Positions 52,171 to 64,000 of a stretch of DNA of 64,000 nt are shown one piece after another. Each line of letters begins with the position of its first letter. Position 1 is the stretch's first letter. A program made the position numbers and the translations under genes. The notes below the pieces were generated by a model. That model saw nothing but the letters and a program-made list of their open reading frames with translations, did no database searches and had not been told where the DNA came from. The DNA comes from Escherichia coli (lineage in GTDB: Bacteria > Pseudomonadota > Gammaproteobacteria > Enterobacterales > Enterobacteriaceae). Where the stretch lies: assembly GCF_030013595.1 (NCBI RefSeq), contig NZ_CP122768.1. One strand, given 5' to 3'.

Positions 52171-53843
52171 TCCTGCTACTTTGCAGCACTTCCGTTTTTG
52201 CCGGATTATTCGACGCGCCGGGACGTTCACAATTTGTCCCGGCGGATCAAGCCTTTGCTTTTGATTTTCAGCAAAACCAACATGACCTTAATCTGACCTG
52301 GCAGATCAAAGACGGTTACTACCTCTACCGTAAACAGATCCGCATTACGCCGGAACACGCGAAAATTGCCGACGTGCAGCTGCCGCAAGGCGTCTGGCAT
52401 GAAGATGAGTTTTACGGCAAAAGCGAGATTTACCGCGATCGGCTGACGCTTCCCGTAACCATCAACCAGGCGAGTGCGGGAGCGACGTTAACTGTCACCT
52501 ACCAGGGCTGTGCTGATGCCGGTTTCTGTTATCCGCCAGAAACCAAAACCGTTCCGTTAAGCGAAGTGGTCGCCAACAACGCAGCGTCACAGCCTGTGTC
52601 TGTTCCGCAGCAAGAGCAGCCCACCGCGCAATTGCCCTTTTCCGCGCTCTGGGCGTTGTTGATCGGTATTGGTATCGCCTTTACGCCATGCGTGTTGCCA
52701 ATGTACCCACTGATTTCTGGCATCGTGCTGGGCGGTAAACAGCGGCTTTCCACTGCCAGGGCATTGTTGCTGACCTTTATTTATGTGCAGGGGATGGCGC
52801 TGACTTACACGGCACTGGGTCTGGTGGTTGCCGCCGCAGGGTTACAGTTCCAGGCGGCGCTACAGCACCCATACGTGCTCATTGGCCTCGCTATCGTCTT
52901 TACCTTGCTGGCGATGTCAATGTTTGGCTTGTTTACTCTGCAACTCCCCTCTTCGCTGCAAACACGTCTCACGCTGATGAGCAATCGCCAACAGGGCGGC
53001 TCACCTGGCGGTGTGTTTGTTATGGGAGCGATTGCCGGACTGATCTGTTCACCATGCACCACCGCACCGCTTAGCGCGATTCTGCTGTATATCGCCCAAA
53101 GCGGGAACATGTTGCTGGGGGGCGGCACGCTTTATCTCTATGCGTTGGGCATGGGCCTGCCGCTGATGCTAATAACCGTCTTTGGTAACCGCCTGCTGCC
53201 GAAAAGCGGCCCGTGGATGGAACAAGTCAAAACCGCGTTTGGTTTTGTGATCCTCGCACTGCCGGTCTTCCTGCTGGAGCGAGTGATTGGTGATATATGG
53301 GGATTACGCTTGTGGTCGGCGCTTGGTGTCGCATTCTTTGGCTGGGCCTTTATCACCAGCCTACAGGCCAAACGCGGCTGGATGCGCGTGGTGCAAATAA
53401 TCCTGCTGGCAGCGGCATTGGTTAGCGTGCGCCCACTTCAGGATTGGGCATTTGGTGCGACGCATACCGCGCAAACTCAGACGCATCTCAACTTTACACA
53501 AATCAAAACGGTAGATGAGTTAAATCAGGCGCTCGTTGAAGCCAAAGGCAAACCAGTGATGTTAGATCTCTATGCCGACTGGTGCGTCGCCTGTAAAGAG
53601 TTTGAGAAATACACCTTCAGCGACCCGCAGGTGCAAAAAGCGTTAGCAGACACGGTCTTACTTCAGGCTAACGTCACTGCCAACGACGCCCAAGATGTGG
53701 CGCTGTTAAAGCATCTTAATGTCCTTGGCCTACCGACAATTCTCTTTTTTGACGGACAAGGCCAGGAGCATCCACAAGCACGCGTCACGGGCTTTATGGA
53801 TGCTGAAACCTTTAGCGCACATTTGCGCGATCGCCAACCGTGA
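52146..53843 (+). CDS. dsbD: Thiol:disulfide interchange protein DsbD (DipZ), 565 aa
   Basis: ORF 52065..53843 trimmed to ATG at 52146 ([23 protein letters not shown]...); C-terminal thioredoxin CVAC motif. Confidence 0.95.
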   Translation: MAQRIFTLILLLCSTSVFAGLFDAPGRSQFVPADQAFAFDFQQNQHDLNLTWQIKDGYYLYRKQIRITPEHAKIADVQLPQGVWHEDEFYGKSEIYRDRLTLPVTINQASAGATLTVTYQGCADAGFCYPPETKTVPLSEVVANNAASQPVSVPQQEQPTAQLPFSALWALLIGIGIAFTPCVLPMYPLISGIVLGGKQRLSTARALLLTFIYVQGMALTYTALGLVVAAAGLQFQAALQHPYVLIGLAIVFTLLAMSMFGLFTLQLPSSLQTRLTLMSNRQQGGSPGGVFVMGAIAGLICSPCTTAPLSAILLYIAQSGNMLLGGGTLYLYALGMGLPLMLITVFGNRLLPKSGPWMEQVKTAFGFVILALPVFLLERVIGDIWGLRLWSALGVAFFGWAFITSLQAKRGWMRVVQIILLAAALVSVRPLQDWAFGATHTAQTQTHLNFTQIKTVDELNQALVEAKGKPVMLDLYADWCVACKEFEKYTFSDPQVQKALADTVLLQANVTANDAQDVALLKHLNVLGLPTILFFDGQGQEHPQARVTGFMDAETFSAHLRDRQP

Positions 53844-53879
53844 ACGACACTTGCAGTGGGAAAGACGGAGGAAAATAGC

Positions 53880-54455
53880 GTGCAACGTGAAGATGTACTG
53901 GGAGAAGCCCTGAAATTATTAGAATTACAAGGGATTGCCAACACCACGCTGGAGATGGTTGCTGAACGTGTGGATTATCCACTGGACGAGCTACGCCGCT
54001 TCTGGCCAGACAAAGAGGCAATCCTCTACGATGCGCTGCGTTATCTTAGCCAACAGATAGATGTCTGGCGTCGTCAGCTGATGCTGGACGAAACGCAAAC
54101 CGCCGAACAAAAGTTGCTGGCACGTTATCAGGCGTTATCGGAGTGCGTTAAAAACAACCGCTATCCGGGCTGTCTGTTTATCGCTGCCTGTACGTTTTAT
54201 CCCGATCCTGGCCACCCTATTCATCAACTGGCCGATCAGCAAAAAAGCGCGGCCTACGATTTCACCCACGAACTGTTAACCACACTGGAAGTTGACGATC
54301 CGGCGATGGTAGCAAAGCAGATGGAACTGGTGCTGGAAGGCTGTTTAAGCCGAATGCTGGTGAATCGTAGCCAGGCGGATGTCGACACCGCACATCGGCT
54401 GGCGGAAGATATCCTGCGCTTCGCCCGCTGCCGCCAGGGTGGTGCTTTGACCTGA
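53880..54455 (+). CDS. yjdC: TetR-family transcriptional regulator YjdC, 191 aa
   Basis: ORF 53856..54455; probable GTG start at 53880 ([31 protein letters not shown]...); N-terminal helix-turn-helix. Confidence 0.8.
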
Positions 54456-54561
54456 CAGAAACACAGAAAAGAAGCGATTTGCCGCAATCTTAAGCAGTTG
54501 AATCGCTTTTACTGAAATTAGGTTGACGAGATGTGCAGATTACGGTTTAATGCGCCCCGTT

Positions 54562-54637
54562 GCCCGGATAGCTCAGTCGGTAGAGCAGGGGATTGAAAAT
54601 CCCCGTGTCCTTGGTTCGATTCCGAGTCCGGGCACCA
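54562..54637 (+). tRNA. pheU: tRNA-Phe (GAA)
   Basis: gcccggatagctcagtcggtagagcaggggattgaaaatccccgtgtccttggttcgattccgagtccgggcacca, 76 nt, followed by hairpin ggacctcc/ggaggtcc plus TTTTT at 54653-54678. Confidence 0.95.
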
Positions 54638-54834
54638 AATTCATATCAACGGACCTCCACGGAGGTCCGTTTTTCGTTTCAGAACACCATGATTTAAGTG
54701 TTCTTCCTCCAAATCAATTCTACCGAACTCAACCAAATTCTCCCCACATCAACCTCATTGTGTGGGTATAATTGCGGGTATACCCCAGTTCGACAGAATT
54801 TGTACCCTCTTTAACGCATTCAGAAGGCTGAACT

Positions 54835-56097
54835 ATGGCACTGACTGACGCAAAAATCCGGGCTGCAAAGCCCACTGACAAGGCTTATAAACTCACTGAC
54901 GGGGCCGGCATGTTCCTGCTGGTTCATCCTAATGGTTCCCGTTACTGGCGTCTCCGTTATCGTATTCTGGGTAAGGAGAAGACTCTGGCACTTGGTGTGT
55001 ATCCGGAAGTTTCTCTCTCCGAAGCTCGTACAAAACGGGATGAGGCCCGAAAACTGATTTCAGAGGGGATTGACCCTTGCGAACAGAAAAGAGTTAAAAA
55101 AGTTGTCCCTGATTTACAGCTCTCTTTTGAACATATTGCACGACGCTGGCATGCCAGTAATAAACAATGGGCACAATCACACAGCGATAAAGTACTCAAA
55201 AGCCTCGAGACACACGTTTTCCCCTTTATCGGCAACCGGGATATCACAACACTCAATACCCCGGACCTGCTTATCCCTGTTCGTGCTGCAGAAGCAAAAC
55301 AAATTTATGAAATCGCCAGTCGTCTGCAGCAAAGAATATCTGCTGTAATGCGTTATGCCGTACAGTCTGGCATCATCAGATATAACCCGGCTCTGGATAT
55401 GGCTGGTGCATTGACCACGGTAAAACGCCAGCATCGCCCTGCTCTGGATCTTTCACGCCTGCCTGAACTTCTGTCGCGTATTGACGGTTATAAAGGCCAG
55501 CCTGTCACCCGACTGGCAGTTATGCTGAATTTACTGGTTTTTATTCGTTCCAGTGAACTCAGATATGCCCGCTGGTCTGAAATTGATATTGACAATGCCA
55601 TGTGGACTATTCCAGCCGAACGCGAACCTCTGCCAGGCGTAAAATTTTCATACCGGGGCTCCAAGATGCGAACACCACATCTTGTGCCACTCAGCCAACA
55701 GGCTGTAGCCATACTGGCAGAACTTCAGACATGGGCAGGTGAAAATGGTCTGATCTTTACGGGAGCACATGACCCACGTAAACCAATCAGTGAAAACACC
55801 GTAAATAAAGCCCTGAGGGTTATGGGGTATGACACAACCCAGGATGTCTGTGGTCATGGATTCCGGGCGATGGCATGTAGTGCATTAATAGAATCAGGTT
55901 TGTGGTCCCGCGATGCTGTGGAACGCCAGATGAGCCATCAGGAGCGTAATGGTGTACGTGCTGCGTATATCCATAAAGCCGAACATCTGGAAGAACGTCG
56001 ACTTATGCTACAGTGGTGGGCAGATTTTCTGGATGCGAACAGAGAACAATGTATCAGCCCGTTTGAATATGCAAAGATTAACAATCCATTAAAATAG
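54835..56097 (+). CDS. int: P4-type tyrosine integrase of a tRNA-Phe-associated island, 420 aa
   Basis: Intact ORF (MALTDAKIRAAKPTDKAYKLTDGAGMFLLVHPNGSRYWRLRYRILGKEKTLALGVYPEVSLSEARTKRDEARK...) with C-terminal catalytic region (HGFRAMA...RLMLQWW); sits directly 3' of a tRNA. Confidence 0.85.
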   Translation: MALTDAKIRAAKPTDKAYKLTDGAGMFLLVHPNGSRYWRLRYRILGKEKTLALGVYPEVSLSEARTKRDEARKLISEGIDPCEQKRVKKVVPDLQLSFEHIARRWHASNKQWAQSHSDKVLKSLETHVFPFIGNRDITTLNTPDLLIPVRAAEAKQIYEIASRLQQRISAVMRYAVQSGIIRYNPALDMAGALTTVKRQHRPALDLSRLPELLSRIDGYKGQPVTRLAVMLNLLVFIRSSELRYARWSEIDIDNAMWTIPAEREPLPGVKFSYRGSKMRTPHLVPLSQQAVAILAELQTWAGENGLIFTGAHDPRKPISENTVNKALRVMGYDTTQDVCGHGFRAMACSALIESGLWSRDAVERQMSHQERNGVRAAYIHKAEHLEERRLMLQWWADFLDANREQCISPFEYAKINNPLK

Positions 56098-56282
56098 TAA
56101 TCATCCCGGGCAGCTAGCCCGGGAATTATTTTCTGAATATTTTTCTTTGTGAGTAACTGGAAAAAGGATAGCGAAGTAAATTACTTTAATGAATTATTCC
56201 AGGGGCTCATTAAAGTTCTTTCGTAATACTTTGTAGTCAAACACGTTATGGCTGGCATCAAAAACCAGGTAATGACTCCAAC

Positions 56283-56780
56283 TTATTGATAGTGTTTTAT
56301 GTTCAGATAATGCCCGATGACCTTGTCATGCAGCTCCACCGATTTTGAGAACGACAGTGACTTCCGTCCCAGCCTTGCCAGATGTTGTCTCAGATTATGT
56401 CGCTCAATGCGCTGAGTGTAACGCTTGCTGATAACGTGCAGCTTTCCCTTCAGGCGTGATTCATACAGCGGCCAGCCATCCGTCATCTATACCACGACCT
56501 CAAAGGCCGACAGCAGGCTCAGAATACGCTCCAGTGTGGCCAGAGTGCGTTCACCGAAGACGTGCGCCACAACCGTCCTCCGTATCCTGTCATACGCGTA
56601 AAACAGCCAGCGCTGACGTGATTTAGCACCGACGTAGCCCCACTGTTCGTCCATTTCAGCGCAGACAATCACATCACTGCCCGGTTGTATGCGCGAGGTT
56701 ACCGACTGCGGCCTGAGTTTTTTAAGTGACGTAAAACCGTGTTGAGGCCAACGCCCATAATGCGTGCACTGGCGCGACAT
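56283..56780 (-). pseudogene. insB: IS1 insB disrupted by an in-frame TAG stop; also appears to carry a 6-bp in-frame deletion
   Basis: Two ORF-track fragments (56487..56780 and 56283..56486) are separated only by TAG at 56487-56489 where canonical InsB has Trp (..VVIWMTDGW..); fragment 2 lacks two residues relative to my recollection of InsB (HNLNLRQ vs HNLRQ here). Confidence 0.7.
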
Positions 56781-56974
56781 CCGACGCCATTCATGGCCAT
56801 ATCAATGATTTTCTGGTGCTTACCGGGCTGAGAGGCGGTGTAAGTGAACTGTAGTTGCCATGTTTTACGGCAATGAGAGCAGAGATAGCGCTGATGTCCG
56901 GCAGTGCTTTTGCCGTTACGCACCACGCCTTCAGTAGCGGAGCAGGAAGGACATCTGATGGAAATGGAAGCCAC
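56699..56974 (-). CDS. insA: IS1 InsA (transposition inhibitor / N-terminal part of InsAB'), 91 aa
   Basis: GTG start; [42 protein letters not shown]... with Zn-finger Cys pairs. Confidence 0.9.
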   Translation of the reverse strand: MASISIRCPSCSATEGVVRNGKSTAGHQRYLCSHCRKTWQLQFTYTASQPGKHQKIIDMAMNGVGCRASARIMGVGLNTVLRHLKNSGRSR

Positions 56975-57201
56975 GCAAGCACCTTAAAATCACCATCATA
57001 CACTAAATCAGTAAGTTGGCAGCATTACCGAAATCCCCATCCTTTAGGGCAGTGAGAATGTCAATAATAGCAGACCACATCATGAGTCATTTTGACCGAC
57101 ACATGCAGAAGCAGAGGCTCCATCCCATTTTATACCTACCCTATAACACTTAGAAAAACAACATGTTAAAAATGTCTATTGGAAACAATTTTATTTCCAA
57201 T

Positions 57202-57220
57202 TGTAATGATAACCATTCTC
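57202..57220 (+). promoter_or_regulatory. Fur box upstream of fecI
   Basis: tgtaatgataaccattctc matches the 19-bp Fur consensus GATAATGATAATCATTATC at 15 of 19 positions; about 45 bp upstream of fecI. Confidence 0.6.
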
Positions 57221-57264
57221 ATATTAATATGGCTACGTGATAATTAACTTTTGATGCACTCCGC

Positions 57265-57782
57265 ATGTCTGACCGCGCCACTACCACAGCTTCCTTAACG
57301 TTCGAGTCGCTTTATGGCACACATCACGGCTGGTTGAAAAGCTGGCTGACGCGCAAACTCCAGTCTGCTTTTGATGCAGATGACATTGCCCAGGACACTT
57401 TTTTGCGGGTAATGGTCAGCGAAACGCTCTCGACGATCCGCGATCCTCGCTCCTTCCTGTGCACTATCGCCAAACGCGTGATGGTGGACCTGTTTCGCCG
57501 AAACGCGCTGGAAAAAGCGTATCTGGAGATGCTGGCGCTTATGCCGGAGGGGGGAGCGCCTTCACCTGAGGAACGCGAAAGCCAACTCGAGACCCTACAA
57601 CTCCTCGACAGCATGCTGGACGGGCTAAACGGCAAAACACGTGAAGCGTTTCTGCTTTCGCAACTGGATGGTCTGACATACAGCGAGATTGCGCACAAAC
57701 TCGGTGTTTCCATCAGCTCCGTGAAAAAATACGTGGCGAAAGCCGTCGAGCACTGCCTGCTGTTCCGTCTGGAGTATGGGTT

Positions 57783-57786
<4 letters not shown>
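57265..57786 (+). CDS. fecI: ECF sigma factor FecI, 173 aa
   Basis: Intact ORF ([28 protein letters not shown]...). Confidence 0.95.
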
Positions 57787-61147
<3,361 letters not shown>

Positions 61148-61156
61148 TGTGTTAAC

Positions 61157-61177
61157 GCCCGGCTTGCCGGGCTTTTA
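61157..61177 (+). terminator. Hairpin between fecA and fecB (attenuator-like)
   Basis: cccggc / gccggg stem followed by a T-rich tract, between fecA stop and fecB start. Confidence 0.5.
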
Positions 61178-61191
61178 GCTGGAATGTGATT

Positions 61192-62094
61192 ATGTTGGCA
61201 TTTATCCGTTTTCTTTTTGCAGGCCTGCTGCTGGTGATCAGCCACGCCTTTGCCGCCACGGTTCAGGACGAACACGGCACGTTTACACTCGAAAAAACGC
61301 CACAACGGATTGTGGTGCTGGAACTCTCGTTCGCCGATGCGCTGGCCGCCGTGGACGTCAGCCCGATCGGTATTGCCGACGATAACGATGCAAAACGCAT
61401 CCTGCCCGAAGTGCGTGCGCACCTGAAACCGTGGCAGTCCGTCGGAACGCGCGCGCAGCCGAGCCTGGAAGCCATTGCCGCTCTGAAACCAGACCTGATC
61501 ATTGCCGACAGCAGTCGCCATGCGGGGGTTTACATCGCCTTGCAGCAAATCGCGCCGGTACTGCTGCTTAAGTCCCGCAACGAAACCTACGCTGAAAATT
61601 TGCAATCTGCGGCTATCATCGGCGAAATGGTGGGTAAAAAGCGAGAGATGCAGGCACGTCTGGAACAACATAAAGAGAGGATGGCGCAGTGGGCCAGCCA
61701 GCTTCCCAAAGGGACACGCGTGGCCTTTGGCACATCACGCGAACAGCAATTCAACCTGCATACTCAGGAGACCTGGACCGGCAGCGTGCTGGCCTCTCTG
61801 GGGCTGAACGTTCCCGCTGCGATGGCGGGTGCGTCCATGCCGTCCATCGGCCTGGAGCAACTGCTGGCGGTCAATCCTGCCTGGCTGCTGGTTGCCCACT
61901 ATCGCGAAGAGAGCATTGTTAAACGCTGGCAACAAGATCCGCTCTGGCAGATGTTAACCGCCGCGCAGAAGCAGCAGGTTGCTTCGGTCGACAGTAACAC
62001 CTGGGCGCGGATGCGCGGTATTTTTGCTGCAGAGCGTATTGCCGCTGACACGGTAAAAATCTTCCACCATCAGCCGCTTACCGTTGTGAAATGA
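61192..62094 (+). CDS. fecB: Periplasmic ferric-citrate binding protein FecB, 300 aa
   Basis: ORF 61186..62094 trimmed to ATG at 61192 (MLAFIRFLFAGLLLVISHAFAATVQDE...). Confidence 0.95.
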   Translation: MLAFIRFLFAGLLLVISHAFAATVQDEHGTFTLEKTPQRIVVLELSFADALAAVDVSPIGIADDNDAKRILPEVRAHLKPWQSVGTRAQPSLEAIAALKPDLIIADSSRHAGVYIALQQIAPVLLLKSRNETYAENLQSAAIIGEMVGKKREMQARLEQHKERMAQWASQLPKGTRVAFGTSREQQFNLHTQETWTGSVLASLGLNVPAAMAGASMPSIGLEQLLAVNPAWLLVAHYREESIVKRWQQDPLWQMLTAAQKQQVASVDSNTWARMRGIFAAERIAADTVKIFHHQPLTVVK

Positions 62095-63089
62095 CCGCGA
62101 TAAAACACCCGGTGCTGCTGTGGGGGCTTCCCGTTGCAGCACTTATTATTATTTTCTGGCTGAGTCTGTTTTGCTACTCGGCCATTCCTGTTTCCGGAGC
62201 AGATGCAACCCGCGCCCTGCTGCCTGGACACACGCCAACGCTACCAGAAGCGCTGGTGCAAAACCTTCGTTTGCCACGAAGCCTCGTCGCCGTTCTGATC
62301 GGCGCAAGCCTGGCGCTCGCGGGCACGCTGCTGCAAACCCTGACCCACAACCCAATGGCCTCTCCTTCACTGCTCGGCATTAACAGCGGCGCGGCGCTGG
62401 CTATGGCGCTTACCAGCGCGCTGAGTCCGACGCCGATTGCAGGCTATTCTCTGTCGTTCATCGCGGCATGCGGGGGCGGCGTGAGCTGGCTGCTGGTCAT
62501 GACCGCAGGAGGCGGATTTCGTCATACCCATGACAGAAACAAACTGATCCTCGCGGGTATCGCGCTGTCGGCCTTTTGTATGGGCCTTACCCGCATCACC
62601 CTGCTGCTGGCCGAAGATCATGCTTACGGCATCTTTTACTGGCTGGCAGGCGGAGTGTCCCACGCCCGCTGGCAGGATGTCTGGCAGCTCTTGCCGGTGG
62701 TGGTCACTGCAGTCCCTGTCGTGTTGCTGCTGGCGAATCAACTGAACCTGCTCAACCTCAGCGACAGCACCGCCCATACGCTGGGAGTGAACCTGACGAG
62801 GCTACGTTTGGTCATCAATATGTTAGTGCTGCTTCTGGTTGGTGCGTGCGTCAGCGTGGCAGGTCCGGTGGCATTTATCGGTCTGCTGGTGCCACATCTG
62901 GCGCGCTTCTGGGCAGGCTTCGATCAGCGCAACGTACTGCCAGTGAGCATGCTGCTGGGGGCCACGCTGATGCTGCTGGCAGATGTACTCGCACGCGCGC
63001 TGGCCTTCCCCGGAGATCTGCCCGCAGGCGCAGTGCTGGCGCTGATTGGCAGCCCTTGCTTTGTCTGGCTTGTGAGGAGGCGAGGATGA
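62091..63089 (+). CDS. fecC: Ferric-citrate ABC transporter permease FecC, 332 aa
   Basis: Intact ORF; ATGA overlap with fecB stop. Confidence 0.95.
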   Translation: MTAIKHPVLLWGLPVAALIIIFWLSLFCYSAIPVSGADATRALLPGHTPTLPEALVQNLRLPRSLVAVLIGASLALAGTLLQTLTHNPMASPSLLGINSGAALAMALTSALSPTPIAGYSLSFIAACGGGVSWLLVMTAGGGFRHTHDRNKLILAGIALSAFCMGLTRITLLLAEDHAYGIFYWLAGGVSHARWQDVWQLLPVVVTAVPVVLLLANQLNLLNLSDSTAHTLGVNLTRLRLVINMLVLLLVGACVSVAGPVAFIGLLVPHLARFWAGFDQRNVLPVSMLLGATLMLLADVLARALAFPGDLPAGAVLALIGSPCFVWLVRRRG

Positions 63090-64000
63090 AAATTGCGCTG
63101 GTTATTTTCATCACCCTTGCCCTGGCGGGCTGTGCGCTGTTATCACTCCATATGGGAGTGATCCCCGTGCCGTGGCGCGCGCTGCTGACCGACTGGCAGG
63201 CCGGACGCGAGCATTATTATGTATTGATGGAGTACCGACTGCCGCGCTTGCTGCTGGCACTGTTTGTCGGTGCAGCCCTCGCCGTGGCGGGTGTGCTGAT
63301 ACAGGGGATTGTGCGCAACCCTCTGGCATCACCGGATATTCTCGGCGTTAACCATGCCGCCAGCCTGGTCTCTGTGGGGGCTCTACTTCTTATGCCGTCA
63401 CTGCCCGTGATGGTGCTGCCGCTGCTGGCCTTTGCGGGCGGCATGGCGGGGTTGATATTGCTGAAGATGCTGGCAAAGACCCACCAGCCGATGAAGCTGG
63501 CGCTCACCGGCGTGGCGCTTTCTGCATGCTGGGCCAGCCTGACGGATTATCTGATGCTCTCGCGCCCGCAGGATGTGAACAACGCCCTGCTGTGGCTGAC
63601 CGGCAGCTTATGGGGCCGTGACTGGAGCTTTGTGAAGATTGCCATCCCGCTGATGATTTTATTTCTGCCGCTGAGCCTGAGTTTTTGCCACGATCTCGAC
63701 CTCCTTGCACTCGGCGATGCGCGCGCCACCACGCTCGGTGTGTCGGTGCCCCATACCCGATTCTGGGCTTTGTTACTAGCTGTCGCCATGACATCTACCG
63801 GCGTGGCCGCCTGCGGCCCGATTAGCTTTATTGGTCTCGTGGTGCCGCATATGATGCGTAGCATCACCGGTGGACGTCACCGCAGACTGCTGCCTGTTTC
63901 GGCCCTGACAGGTGCGTTGCTGTTGGTGGTTGCCGATCTGCTGGCGAGAATTATTTATCCCCCACTGGAGCTCCCGGTTGGCGTGCTGACCGCCATTATC
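63086..64000 (+). CDS. fecD: Ferric-citrate ABC transporter permease FecD, partial (runs off window end)
   Basis: ATG at 63086 overlapping fecC stop; translates MKIALVIFITLALAGCALLSLHMGVIPVPW...; no stop before position 64000, so absent from the ORF track. Confidence 0.9.
   Translation, partial: MKIALVIFITLALAGCALLSLHMGVIPVPWRALLTDWQAGREHYYVLMEYRLPRLLLALFVGAALAVAGVLIQGIVRNPLASPDILGVNHAASLVSVGALLLMPSLPVMVLPLLAFAGGMAGLILLKMLAKTHQPMKLALTGVALSACWASLTDYLMLSRPQDVNNALLWLTGSLWGRDWSFVKIAIPLMILFLPLSLSFCHDLDLLALGDARATTLGVSVPHTRFWALLLAVAMTSTGVAACGPISFIGLVVPHMMRSITGGRHRRLLPVSALTGALLLVVADLLARIIYPPLELPVGVLTAII

Larger units (their letters stand above)
56268..57029 (-). mobile_element. IS1-family insertion sequence, 762 bp, divergent variant with defective insB
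   Basis: 23-bp terminal inverted repeats at 56268-56290 (ggtaatgactccaacttattgat) and 57007-57029 (revcomp GGTAATGCTGCCAACTTACTGAT); insA, A6C frameshift motif (56716-56724) and insB inside; no target-site duplication visible. Confidence 0.9.

Noticed and set aside
54523-54771. 82-aa ORF overlapping pheU
   Set aside because: Reads straight through the tRNA gene and its terminator; spurious.
54835-56097. Prophage call for the integrase region
   Set aside because: Only an integrase is present; no capsid, tail, terminase or repressor genes follow, only IS1 and fec. Better described as an integrative island than a prophage.

Overview
This window reads as a ~64 kb stretch of Escherichia coli-type core chromosome (the groESL / frd / hfq / purA neighbourhood, in reverse-complement orientation relative to the usual K-12 map), ending in an accessory island. 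All calls rest on reading the ORF track and sequence by eye and on remembered protein N-termini, lengths and motifs; no search was run. Gene order: yjfP' - bsmA - yjfN / aidB - yjfCMLKJI / IS200 / rlmB - rnr - nsrR - purA - yjeT - hflCKX - hfq - miaA - mutL - amiB - tsaE - nnr / queG / glyY-glyX-glyV / orn / rsgA - psd - mscM / yjeO - yjeM - epmA / frdABCD - ampC - blc / gdx - ecnB - ecnA - efp / epmB - yjeJ / yjeI - groLS / yjeH / fxsA / aspA - dcuA - cutA - dsbD - yjdC - tRNA-Phe (pheU). Two things interrupt the core: an IS200 copy between yjfI and rlmB, and, directly after pheU, an island with a P4-type integrase, an IS1 with a damaged insB, and the ferric-citrate operon fecIRABC plus the start of fecD, running off the window end. 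Small features the ORF track misses include the entericidin genes ecnA/ecnB, a guanidine-II riboswitch in the gdx leader, the ampC promoter/attenuator inside frdD, the sigma-32 groE promoter and a stringent-type glyV promoter. I see no CRISPR array, no rRNA, and no convincing evidence for a novel defence or toxin system. The best second-look candidates are the pheU island junctions, the IS200 insertion beside the uncharacterised PspA-like yjfIJKLMC operon, and the AT-rich orphan yjeJ.
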